Below, in pieces: positions 1-8,251 of a stretch of 64,000 nt of DNA. The stretch is from NCBI GenBank assembly GCA_002168225.1, contig NHBH01000009.1:785115-849114 (forward strand). The letters are read 5' to 3'. Source of the DNA: Micavibrio sp. TMED2. Its GTDB lineage: Bacteria > Pseudomonadota > Alphaproteobacteria > TMED2. The position numbers were made by a program, and so were the translations under genes. Each line of letters opens with the position of its first letter. Position 1 is the stretch's first letter. The notes below the pieces were generated by a model that did no database searches, was not told where the DNA came from, and saw only the letters and a program-made list of their open reading frames with translations.

Positions 1-677
1 GCACGCTGCTGCATCTGATCGACAAGGTCATTCTGTGGCTGTTCGTGGTTGAGCTTGGCATCCGCTTCTTTGTTCACCGGATGCGCTTTTTCCGTGACGG
101 CTGGCGGCTGTTTGATGCCGCCGTGATCGGCATTTCCTTTGTCCCCGATGGCGGCGCACTGTCGATCCTGCGGGCGCTGCGCGTCTTGCGGGTGCTGCGC
201 GTGGTCTCCGTGGTGCCATCCATGCGACGGGTCGTCTCCGGCCTGCTGGCGGCGCTGCCGGGTATGGCTTCGATCATCGGGCTGATGACCGTGTTCTTCT
301 ATGTCGCCTCGGTCATGGCGACCAAGCTGTTCGGCCATACCAACCCGGAACTGTTCGGCGATCTGCCCAACAGTGCCTACAGCCTGTTTCAGGTCATGAC
401 GCTCGAGGGCTGGGCCGCTGATGTGGTCAACCCGGTTATGGTGTACCATCCCTATGCTTGGGCATTTTTCGTGCCGTTCATCCTGTTCGCCACCTTCACC
501 ATGCTGAACCTGTTCATTGCGGTGATGGTCAGTGCGATCCAGATCGAGCAGCATGAATTCGAGGAAGAAATCGAGGCGATTGCCCATGGCGAGGGCGACC
601 GGGTGCTGGCTGAAATGGCAGCAATCCGCGCACAGCTGGACCGGTTGGAACAGATGGGGCAGGCAGGTAAATCATGA
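1..677 (+). CDS. Voltage-gated ion channel of the bacterial NaV (BacNaV/NaChBac-like) family. 5' end is cut by the window edge; S3 to the C-terminus is present.
   Basis: S4 voltage sensor with Arg at every third position (RALRVLRVLRVV). S5, a pore helix and the filter FQVMTLEGWA are present. S6 (FVPFILFATFTMLNLFIAVMV) and a C-terminal coiled-coil neck (EEEIEAIAHG...RAQLDRLEQ) follow. The stop TGA (675-677) overlaps the next gene's ATG (674-676). Confidence 0.8.
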   Translation, partial: TLLHLIDKVILWLFVVELGIRFFVHRMRFFRDGWRLFDAAVIGISFVPDGGALSILRALRVLRVLRVVSVVPSMRRVVSGLLAALPGMASIIGLMTVFFYVASVMATKLFGHTNPELFGDLPNSAYSLFQVMTLEGWAADVVNPVMVYHPYAWAFFVPFILFATFTMLNLFIAVMVSAIQIEQHEFEEEIEAIAHGEGDRVLAEMAAIRAQLDRLEQMGQAGKS

Positions 678-1549
678 GCGATGCAACACAATCAGGTCCG
701 GGCCAGCGCTTTGACGGCAGCGACAGCTATGTGACCACGCCGGATCTGGCTGTGGCGGTGAATGCCGCGATTGCCCTTGAACGCCCCTTGCTGATCAAGG
801 GCGAGCCGGGGACCGGCAAGACCGTTCTGGCCCGCGAGGTTGCCGCGAGCCTCGGTGCGCCGCTGATCGAATGGCATGTGAAATCCACCACCAAGGCTCA
901 GCATGGCCTCTATGAATATGACGCCGTGCGCCGGTTGCGTGATGGCCAGCTCGGTGAAGAGCGGGTGCATGACATCGGCAATTACATTGTGCGTGGCAAG
1001 CTGTGGGAAGCGCTCGACAGTGAGGTGCGCCCGGTTCTGTTGATCGATGAGATCGACAAGGCCGATATCGAGTTCCCCAATGATCTGCTGCAGGAACTCG
1101 ACCGTATGGAGTTCTATGTCCACGAGACACAGCAGACGGTGACGGCCAAAAACCGGCCGATTGTCTTCATCACCTCGAATAACGAGAAGGAGCTGCCCGA
1201 CGCCTTTCTGCGCCGCTGTTTCTTCCACTATATCCGGTTCCCCGAGCCGGAGGTCATGGCCTCCATCGTCGATGTGCATTTTCCAAATCTGCGCGACCGG
1301 CTGTTGCAGGAAGCGCTGACGGTTTTCTATGAACTGCGTGAGATACCGGGCCTGAAAAAGCCGCCATCCACATCCGAACTGCTCGACTGGATCAAGCTTC
1401 TCATGGTCGAGGACATTGATCCCGAGGTGCTGCGCAATGCCGATCCCAAGACCGCCTTGCCGCCGCTCTATGGTGCCTTGCTGAAAACCGAGCAGGACGT
1501 CCATCAGTTGGAGCGGCTCGCCTTCCTGCATCGGCGCGAGCAGGGATAA
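674..1549 (+). CDS. MoxR-family AAA+ ATPase (AAA_5; CbbQ/NorQ/CoxD-like)
   Basis: Walker A GEPGTGKT, Walker B LLIDEIDKA, sensor region ITSNN, about 290 aa typical of MoxR. ATGA overlap with the upstream channel gene. Confidence 0.85.
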   Translation: MSDATQSGPGQRFDGSDSYVTTPDLAVAVNAAIALERPLLIKGEPGTGKTVLAREVAASLGAPLIEWHVKSTTKAQHGLYEYDAVRRLRDGQLGEERVHDIGNYIVRGKLWEALDSEVRPVLLIDEIDKADIEFPNDLLQELDRMEFYVHETQQTVTAKNRPIVFITSNNEKELPDAFLRRCFFHYIRFPEPEVMASIVDVHFPNLRDRLLQEALTVFYELREIPGLKKPPSTSELLDWIKLLMVEDIDPEVLRNADPKTALPPLYGALLKTEQDVHQLERLAFLHRREQG

Positions 1550-1618
1550 AAAACAGGCCGATGCGCATGGCATCGACCTGTCAGTTTGCAACCCTGTTGG
1601 TTTCTTGAAACCGGTTTC

Positions 1619-2287
1619 TTAGAACTTGTAGCCGACGCCGACGCCGACGATCCATGGATCGATATCCACATCGGCATTCACCCGGCCAAGGGTTGTATCA
1701 ATGGTCACATCGGTGTTGATGAAGACCTTCTTCACATCGAAGTTCACGAACAGATTGTCAGAGACGAAGTAGTCGACGCCTGCCTGCAGGGCAAAGCCGA
1801 AGCTGTCGTCATAATCGATCCCGGTAACCGGGCCACCGCCTGGAATATCGTCGCTGAAGAAGTGGGTGTAGTTGATACCGGCACCGAAATACGGGCTCAA
1901 CTTGTCCTTCGGCAGTGGATGATACTGCACGGTCAGGGTAGGTGGCAGCAGCCAGACATCGCCGAGGTCCACATTACCGACAGAGGTGCCGGTTGCCGTT
2001 ACATCATGCGGGGTAACCGCCGCGATCAGCTCAAGCGCGATGTTGTCGGTGATGAAGTAGGAGAAATCGACCTCGGGCACGAAGCTCTCATCGATATCCG
2101 TATCGCCACCGATCGGGCTGATGCTCGCATCTTCGCTTGGTGCCACCAGCAGGCCGCGGGCGCGGATCATGAAGTCACCAGCGGATTTACCGGTGAAGAC
2201 CTCTTCCGCCTGCGCTGTTGCCGGTGTGAAACCGGCAGCAATCAGGCCGGCGACGGCCGCAACCGTCAGTGCATTTTTCAGTTCCAT
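1619..2287 (-). CDS. ompW: OmpW-family outer-membrane beta-barrel protein
   Basis: Signal peptide MELKNALTVAAVAGLIAAGFTPATAQA. OmpW-like beta-strand pattern. C-terminal GVGVGYKF ending in Phe. Start trimmed to the internal ATG at 2287. Confidence 0.8.
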   Translation of the reverse strand: MELKNALTVAAVAGLIAAGFTPATAQAEEVFTGKSAGDFMIRARGLLVAPSEDASISPIGGDTDIDESFVPEVDFSYFITDNIALELIAAVTPHDVTATGTSVGNVDLGDVWLLPPTLTVQYHPLPKDKLSPYFGAGINYTHFFSDDIPGGGPVTGIDYDDSFGFALQAGVDYFVSDNLFVNFDVKKVFINTDVTIDTTLGRVNADVDIDPWIVGVGVGYKF

Positions 2288-2376
2288 AGTCTTTGTCCCC
2301 AATACGCCGCGTCGCAGGATGCAGGCGCGTGCCACATTTGATAGGGTCGTCATACGCCCGTCGTGATTCGTTTGTG

Positions 2377-2390
2377 TTGATACAGATCAA
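2377..2390. promoter_or_regulatory. Perfect FNR/CRP-family palindrome TTGAT-ACAG-ATCAA in the ompW / VWA divergent intergenic region
   Basis: Exact match to the FNR consensus TTGAT-N4-ATCAA. It lies about 95 bp upstream of the ompW ATG and about 85 bp upstream of the VWA gene ATG. ompW is a classic FNR-activated gene in enterobacteria. Confidence 0.55.
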
Positions 2391-2469
2391 TTTTTTGAAC
2401 GATCATGGACCATGCTGCTGGTCCCGTTGCATGGTGTGACGTGAATGCAGCAAACCCGAATGGCACAGG

Positions 2470-3657
2470 ATGTTTCCGACCTTCTTCTATCAACTGCGCG
2501 AGGCACGCTTGCCGGTCAGCCTGCAGGAATACCTGATGCTGATGGCGGCGATGCAGGCAGGGTTGGCACGGTTCTCTGTCGAGGAATTCTATTTTCTGTC
2601 GCGCGCCACACTGGTGAAGGACGAACGTCATCTCGACCGCTTCGATCAGGTGTTCGGACAGGTATTCAAGGGCATCGAGAGCGACGCCACCGGACTTGAG
2701 GAGATTATGGCCAGTCTGCCGGAAGAGTGGTTGCGGAGACTTGCGGAGAAGCATCTGAGCCCGGAAGAGATGGCCGATGTCGAGGCGCTGGGCGGGTTCG
2801 ACAAACTGATGGAAACCCTGAAACAGCGTCTGGCTGAACAGGAGAAACGCCATCAGGGCGGCAATAAATGGATTGGTACGGCGGGCACATCGCCCTTCGG
2901 TGCCTATGGCTATAACCCGGAAGGGGTGCGCATCGGACAGGATGAGAGCCGTCACAAACGCGCGGTCAAGGTCTGGGACCAGCGCCAGTTCCGCAATCTC
3001 GATGACAGCGTCGAGCTGGGTACGCGCAATATCAAGGTAGCACTGCGCCGCCTGCGCCAGTTCGCCCGCACCGGTGCGCCGACCGAGCTTGATCTCGACG
3101 GCACGGTGAAGGCGACGGCGGAGAATGCCGGGTGGCTCGATCTGAAAATGCGGCCCGAGCGGCATAATGCGGCCAAGGTGCTGATCTTCTTCGATATCGG
3201 CGGCTCAATGGACCCGTTTATCCGGTCCTGTGAGGAGCTGTTCTCCGCTGCCCGGACAGAGTTCAAGCATCTGGAGTATTTCTACTTCCACAACTGCCCC
3301 TATGAACGCTTGTGGCAGGACAATGCCCGGCGGCAGTCGGACACCGTGCCGACCGAAGAGGTGATGCGCACCTATGCCAGCGATTACCGGGTGATCTTTG
3401 TCGGGGATGCCGCCATGAGCCCCTATGAAATCAGCCATCCCGGCGGATCGGTTGAGCACTGGAACGAAACCGCAGGCGGTATCTGGCTGCAGCGGCTGCG
3501 TGAGGTCTATCCCAATTCGGTATGGCTCAACCCGGTACAACAGGATTACTGGCGCTATACCCACTCAACCCGGTTGATCAAACAGATATTCGAAGACCGG
3601 ATGTACCCGCTGACCCTCGAGGGGCTGGATCAGGCCATGCAGGTTCTCGGGCGGTAG
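2470..3657 (+). CDS. VWA-domain protein, CoxE-like; the usual partner of MoxR ATPases
   Basis: C-terminal von Willebrand A domain with a MIDAS-like motif VLIFFDIGGSMDPF. N-terminal helical CoxE-like region. Size and architecture match the NorD/CoxE/CbbO class. Confidence 0.8.
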   Translation: MFPTFFYQLREARLPVSLQEYLMLMAAMQAGLARFSVEEFYFLSRATLVKDERHLDRFDQVFGQVFKGIESDATGLEEIMASLPEEWLRRLAEKHLSPEEMADVEALGGFDKLMETLKQRLAEQEKRHQGGNKWIGTAGTSPFGAYGYNPEGVRIGQDESRHKRAVKVWDQRQFRNLDDSVELGTRNIKVALRRLRQFARTGAPTELDLDGTVKATAENAGWLDLKMRPERHNAAKVLIFFDIGGSMDPFIRSCEELFSAARTEFKHLEYFYFHNCPYERLWQDNARRQSDTVPTEEVMRTYASDYRVIFVGDAAMSPYEISHPGGSVEHWNETAGGIWLQRLREVYPNSVWLNPVQQDYWRYTHSTRLIKQIFEDRMYPLTLEGLDQAMQVLGR

Positions 3658-3733
3658 GAAACTTGCCTGTTGGCGCTTTCGATCGAGTGTGTGATTTCAC
3701 TGGCAACCTATCTCCCCGATACAGGAAGTTGCC

Positions 3734-5176
3734 ATGCCCAGCGCCCGCGAAGTTCGTGCAAAATTTGAAACCCTGATCGATGGCCAGAGCCGTCTGATCG
3801 AAACCCTGCAGAGTGAGCAGGAGCAAACGCTTCGCGCTGCCAATGAAGAGCGTACACCGGTTCTGGCCGCTGTTAAGAAACTTGCAGCAGCCCGGATAAC
3901 CGGACCGGATGGAGAGCTTGGCAAATTCAGTGCACCGAAGACCGATGCCCATGCCGCGCTTGATCCGGCGAAGATGTGGGCCGACCTCAATGCCGATAGC
4001 ATTGCTGCCGGTAAAGAGTACGCAGGGGTCAGGGAGCATGACCTCGGTCGTGACATGAAGACAGCGATTGATGATCGCAACAAGGCACAGGCGACTGCAG
4101 ACAACGCCGACAGCAAACGCAAGGGCCTGCTCAAGGTCGTTCAGCCGATCATTGAGGCAAATGAGAAGCTGAAGGCAGCTGGCAAGCCCGAAATCGGCAA
4201 GAACACGAGCACGGAATATGCCAGCGGCCAATATTGGCGTTATCTGACCGATCCAGATTTCCGTCAGGCCCGCTCAGCCATTGCCAAATATGAGAAGCTG
4301 GCGAAGGGTTATCATTTCCGTCCCGATCATACCGGCAATCCGTTTGATGATGTCGCGTCATATCAGGGGGCAGTGAAAGCCAAGGCAGCCGCTACGACAA
4401 AGGCGGAAGGGTTCCAGAACGAAATCAATGCCATCGGCTTGCGGGAACGGATGCTTGATGAAGGGCAGATTGCCGAACGGGTGCGCAAGGCTGTGGTCGA
4501 GCGAGCCGTTGATGCTGATTATGTCGATCAGCTTGCCCGGAATTTTCCGAAGGCCGGTGTCGCCGAGACCCTGCCGAATGCAGTCAAGGCCAAGGCTCTC
4601 GAGGCGGTTGCGACCGATCTTGGCAGCCAGATCAGCACCGCAGAGACGACCAAAGCCCAGCTTGAGAAACCGATGAGCAAGCTGCGCCGTGCCGGTGGTC
4701 GCAGTGTGCGCGTTGATGCCGATGACATTGCCTATAAGGTGACCGGCCAGAATGCGATGGCGCGGATGCGGGCATCAAATGCCGCATCTGTACGTGACAG
4801 TGTTCGCAGTCACCAGTTCACCGATACCTCCAGCGCCACGAACATGTATCTGCTGATGACCGTGGCCATTCTCGCTTCCTCGGACAATGATTCATACTTC
4901 AGTGCCAAACAGCTTGAGGCCAGCACCGATGCCCTTGATCAGGCCGGGCTCAATCTCGATGACCTGACCCCCGATGTCAGCAATATCGATGTTGCCCTGA
5001 CCGATACTGGCATCGACATCGCTGAATTTGATCTCAAAGGTGTTGATGTGGGTGATTTCCACGTTGATGTCGGCGGTATCGACAGTGGCATCGGCAGCAT
5101 CGACAGTGGCCTGTCGTCAATCGATGTCGGTGGTGGCATGAGCATGGGCGGCGGATTTGACAGCGGCGGTTTCTAG
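3734..5176 (+). CDS. Hypothetical protein. N-terminal coiled-coil/helical region; C-terminal degenerate Gly/Asp-rich short repeats (xIDxG).
   Basis: RBS AGGAAG 6 nt upstream of the ATG. No recognisable catalytic motifs. The last ~70 aa are repeats of (G/S)(I/V)D(S/V)G (NIDVAL, GIDIAE, GVDVGD, HVDVGG, GIDSGIGSIDSGLSSIDVGGG). The DNA shows the exact 12-mer atcgacagtggc twice. Confidence 0.6.
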   Translation: MPSAREVRAKFETLIDGQSRLIETLQSEQEQTLRAANEERTPVLAAVKKLAAARITGPDGELGKFSAPKTDAHAALDPAKMWADLNADSIAAGKEYAGVREHDLGRDMKTAIDDRNKAQATADNADSKRKGLLKVVQPIIEANEKLKAAGKPEIGKNTSTEYASGQYWRYLTDPDFRQARSAIAKYEKLAKGYHFRPDHTGNPFDDVASYQGAVKAKAAATTKAEGFQNEINAIGLRERMLDEGQIAERVRKAVVERAVDADYVDQLARNFPKAGVAETLPNAVKAKALEAVATDLGSQISTAETTKAQLEKPMSKLRRAGGRSVRVDADDIAYKVTGQNAMARMRASNAASVRDSVRSHQFTDTSSATNMYLLMTVAILASSDNDSYFSAKQLEASTDALDQAGLNLDDLTPDVSNIDVALTDTGIDIAEFDLKGVDVGDFHVDVGGIDSGIGSIDSGLSSIDVGGGMSMGGGFDSGGF

Positions 5177-5202
5177 TCGCTAGCCGTAAGTAATTCTGAT
5201 CG

Positions 5203-5958
5203 TCAGTAGCGGTATTTCGGCACGTCGTCCGAGCGGATGAGGCTTGCCACCTGACCGGTGAGGCTGTTCCAGCGGAATGCCTTGCGCCAGACCGTCGGCA
5301 CATGTTTCAGCGGGTTCAGCATGACCGCCAGAAACGGATACTTGCCGGGCAGGCGATCACAGATGATCAGTTCGACGAAGCAGTAATGCTCATATTCGCG
5401 TCCGAAGGCATAGTTGAAACCGGTTGCTTCCTTGGCCGGGTCTGGTGCTTCCTTGACGAGGCGGACCGTGCCGGATGGCGTTACTTCCGCTACCTGATTG
5501 GCGGCGGTCTCGATCCGGTTCAGGACGACACCGGGTATGCGTGCCGCCTCAATCGGCTTACAGAACCGCTCCCGGCTCTCGTGATCGGCAAAGGCAACGC
5601 CCACATAGCGGCGGCTGACCAGACAATGCCCCTCGCAGGAGGAATAGGTCAGGTAGCGCTTTGATTTCAGGGCACGTACCAGCGGTTCGACACCCGGCTC
5701 CACATTCTCCCAGAACCGGTCGGCATAGGGCGAGACGAAGTAATAGACCGGGTTGCCGTTCCGATCGAGACCGCCATTGATCCGGCCATTGGGCTGGCGC
5801 TTGTTCACCGTCTCGAAATACAGCTTGTGCAGGATTTCGTTGAGGGTTTCCGGTCGCTTTTCAATATCGATCTGTTCCCAGCCCGGACGGTCCGGTCCCG
5901 GTGCGACCTGCTCCGGCGGGTCGGCCAGTGTGGCTGGAGTGGGGAACAGTTCACGCAT
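5203..5958 (-). CDS. Hypothetical protein with no recognised family, convergent with the 480-aa gene
   Basis: Uninterrupted 251-aa ORF with an ATG start. Cys/His-containing segments (YSSCEGHC, EHYCF) but no motif I can assign. Confidence 0.5.
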   Translation of the reverse strand: MRELFPTPATLADPPEQVAPGPDRPGWEQIDIEKRPETLNEILHKLYFETVNKRQPNGRINGGLDRNGNPVYYFVSPYADRFWENVEPGVEPLVRALKSKRYLTYSSCEGHCLVSRRYVGVAFADHESRERFCKPIEAARIPGVVLNRIETAANQVAEVTPSGTVRLVKEAPDPAKEATGFNYAFGREYEHYCFVELIICDRLPGKYPFLAVMLNPLKHVPTVWRKAFRWNSLTGQVASLIRSDDVPKYRY

Positions 5959-6153
5959 GGTTCAGCTGTATACCTTTGGCCGCTGGTGAGGTGTCCATGA
6001 TAAGTGACTGTCGGTAAAGTAACAATTCTTGCGTTCACTGCCCAGTATCTGGTGCGCAAAATGCAGTTCCATGTTAAGAATTTAGCGTTCTGGTTATGGC
6101 AGAGTGAAGGCCGTAATCAGTTGTCTTGTCTATTTACCCCATGAGGACCTGAA

Positions 6154-7635
6154 ATGAACGGGAACTCCCCAACGGACGGCGCGACCGGTCTCGTGCCAAT
6201 TACCATTGCCCGTGGTGATGGTATCGGCCCCGAGATCATGGAGGCCACACTTGCCATTCTGGAGGCGGCCAAGGCCCGTCTCGACATTACCGAAATCGAA
6301 ATCGGTGAAGCCATGTTCAACAAGGGCTTCGCTGCCGGTATCGCCCCGGAGAGCTGGGACGTGCTGCGCAAGAACAAGGTGTTCCTGAAGGCACCGATCA
6401 CCACCCCGCAGGGCGGTGGCTTCAAATCCCTCAACGTGACGGTCCGCAAGGGGCTCGGCCTGTATTCAAACGTCCGGCCTTGCGTTTCCTATCATCCGTT
6501 TGTCACCACCCGCCATCCGGATATGGATGTGGTGATCATCCGGGAGAACGAGGAAGATCTCTATGCCGGGATCGAGTATCGCCAGACCGATGATGTCTAT
6601 CAGTGTCTGAAGCTGATCTCACGCCCCGGTTGTGAACGCATCGTCCGCTATGCCTTTGAATATGCCCGCGCCAACCACCGCAAGAAGGTGACGGCGTTCG
6701 TCAAGGACAACATCATGAAAATCACCGATGGCATCTTCCATCAGGTGTTTGATGAGGTTGCTGCCGACTACCCTGATATCGAAGCTGATCACCTGATCGT
6801 TGATATCGGTGCGGCCCGTATTGCCGATACACCGGAAATGTTTGACGTTATCGTCACGCTCAACCTCTATGGCGATATCATCTCGGATATTGCGGCCCAG
6901 ATCACCGGGTCGGTCGGTCTTGCCGGTTCGGCCAATATCGGCGACCAGTCTGCCATGTTCGAGGCGATCCACGGTTCCGCCCCGCCGATTGCAGGCAAGG
7001 GGATTGCCAACCCATCGGGCCTGTTGCTGGCCTCGGTCATGATGCTGATCCATATCGGTCAGCCGGATGTGGCCGAGAACATCCACAATGCGTGGCTGAC
7101 CGCCATTGAGCGCGGCTATCACACCGGCGATATCTTTGATCGCAAACACTCCAAACAGCGCTGCACGACCAAGGAATTCACGCAGGCGGTTATCGATTGC
7201 CTCGGTGAGAAGCCAGAGCAGATGACGCCGGTGACCTATTCACCGAAAGAGACCGATCGCAACCAGTCCGGCATTCGCCTGACCGTGCCGGAACCGGCGA
7301 AGAAGGATCTGGTCGGTGTCGATGTTTTTATCGACAACCGCGATCTGACGACCGAGGAGCTGGCAGAGAAGCTCAAGGAGACCGGTGGTGAGGTGATGAA
7401 CCTGCAGGTGATCTCGAACCGAGGCACCAAGGTCTGGCCCGATGGTCTGCCGGAGACATTCTGCTCGGATCACTGGCGTTGCCGTTATGCGGGCAAGAAC
7501 AATGCGATTGTCAGCCATGGCGATGTCATTGAGCTGCTGAAGCGGATTGATGCAACCGGCCTTGATTTCATCAAGACCGAGCATCTGTACGACTTCGATG
7601 GCCGTCCCGGCTATTCCGCCGCGCAAGGCTCATAA
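6154..7635 (+). CDS. icd: Isocitrate dehydrogenase (isocitrate/isopropylmalate dehydrogenase family), long form with a ~110-aa C-terminal extension
   Basis: N-terminal ITIARGDGIGPEIM, substrate/metal region NLYGDIISD, GSAPPIAGKGIANP. RBS GAGGAC upstream. Confidence 0.85.
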   Translation: MNGNSPTDGATGLVPITIARGDGIGPEIMEATLAILEAAKARLDITEIEIGEAMFNKGFAAGIAPESWDVLRKNKVFLKAPITTPQGGGFKSLNVTVRKGLGLYSNVRPCVSYHPFVTTRHPDMDVVIIRENEEDLYAGIEYRQTDDVYQCLKLISRPGCERIVRYAFEYARANHRKKVTAFVKDNIMKITDGIFHQVFDEVAADYPDIEADHLIVDIGAARIADTPEMFDVIVTLNLYGDIISDIAAQITGSVGLAGSANIGDQSAMFEAIHGSAPPIAGKGIANPSGLLLASVMMLIHIGQPDVAENIHNAWLTAIERGYHTGDIFDRKHSKQRCTTKEFTQAVIDCLGEKPEQMTPVTYSPKETDRNQSGIRLTVPEPAKKDLVGVDVFIDNRDLTTEELAEKLKETGGEVMNLQVISNRGTKVWPDGLPETFCSDHWRCRYAGKNNAIVSHGDVIELLKRIDATGLDFIKTEHLYDFDGRPGYSAAQGS

Positions 7636-7654
7636 GGCCGGACAATTCTCGTAA

Positions 7655-8005
7655 TCAGTCACGGACAAGCCTGGGGCGATCTCTCATGATTGAGAGTATC
7701 TCACCCAGGCTTTGGCTTTTCTTGATCCGCTTCTCGCCGTGAAACAGCTGGAACCCGGTCCGTTTGCGCTTGTGGTCGGTGGTTTTGATCACCGTGAGCA
7801 GGGGTGATTCGTGTGCATGCCGGAAAACCGAGAACATGGCTGCATCGCTCAGGTGGTCGATTGCATAGTCCCGCCAATCTCCTTTTGCGACAAACTCACT
7901 GTAGAGGCCGAGGAGTTGGGTTAATTCCGCTCTGTCGAAAAAGACCTTTGAATTCTTGGCTTTAGGCTTGTTCTGATAGTCCGAGAGGCGGATCAGATGG
8001 GGCAT
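7655..8005 (-). CDS. Small conserved alphaproteobacterial hypothetical protein (DUF2794-like)
   Basis: 116-aa ORF with ATG start and GAGGAG RBS. Basic, no TM segment. Family assignment is from memory of sequence character only. Confidence 0.5.
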   Translation of the reverse strand: MPHLIRLSDYQNKPKAKNSKVFFDRAELTQLLGLYSEFVAKGDWRDYAIDHLSDAAMFSVFRHAHESPLLTVIKTTDHKRKRTGFQLFHGEKRIKKSQSLGEILSIMRDRPRLVRD

Positions 8006-8251
8006 GCAGGCTCCTCGTTTTGATATACCTGTAGGCGGCGGTCGTCGGTTATCTCAATCGTAGGTCAGCTGTGTGGTGGTCACATTTGTGCAATCCACCC
8101 CATTATCGTGCCGTTCATATGTATATATGGTCAACTGCCCTTTGTTTTCCGGCCCAAAGATGGCTATACCATCCTCACAAAATTATCCGGTTGATGCGGC
8201 CCTGTTACGGTGCCTCAGACTACCCGAACCATTGCTGGCAGGACCCGACTG

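Noticed and set aside
692-1591. 299-aa minus-strand ORF
   Set aside because: Antisense shadow of the MoxR gene. MoxR has clear Walker motifs.
1586-2341. 251-aa plus-strand ORF between moxR and the VWA gene
   Set aside because: It is antisense to ompW. OmpW has a signal peptide, beta-barrel pattern and terminal Phe. The plus-strand ORF has no features and is a GC-rich frame shadow.
4950-5160. Short direct repeats (atcgacagtggc x2 and degenerate copies); a CRISPR-like or RTX-like call
   Set aside because: The repeats are in-frame coding for the GIDSG-type tail. There are no spacers, and the period and consensus do not fit the RTX GGxGxDxUx nonapeptide.
7558-7575. TTGATTTCATCAA inside icd
   Set aside because: FNR-like half-sites but with N3 spacing, and located inside coding sequence. 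Not counted as an FNR box.
7658-7720. Hairpin GCCTGGG...CCCAGGC plus T-rich tail as an icd terminator
   Set aside because: It has a 31-nt loop and lies inside the 3' coding end of the convergent DUF2794-like gene. It is possible but not supportable.
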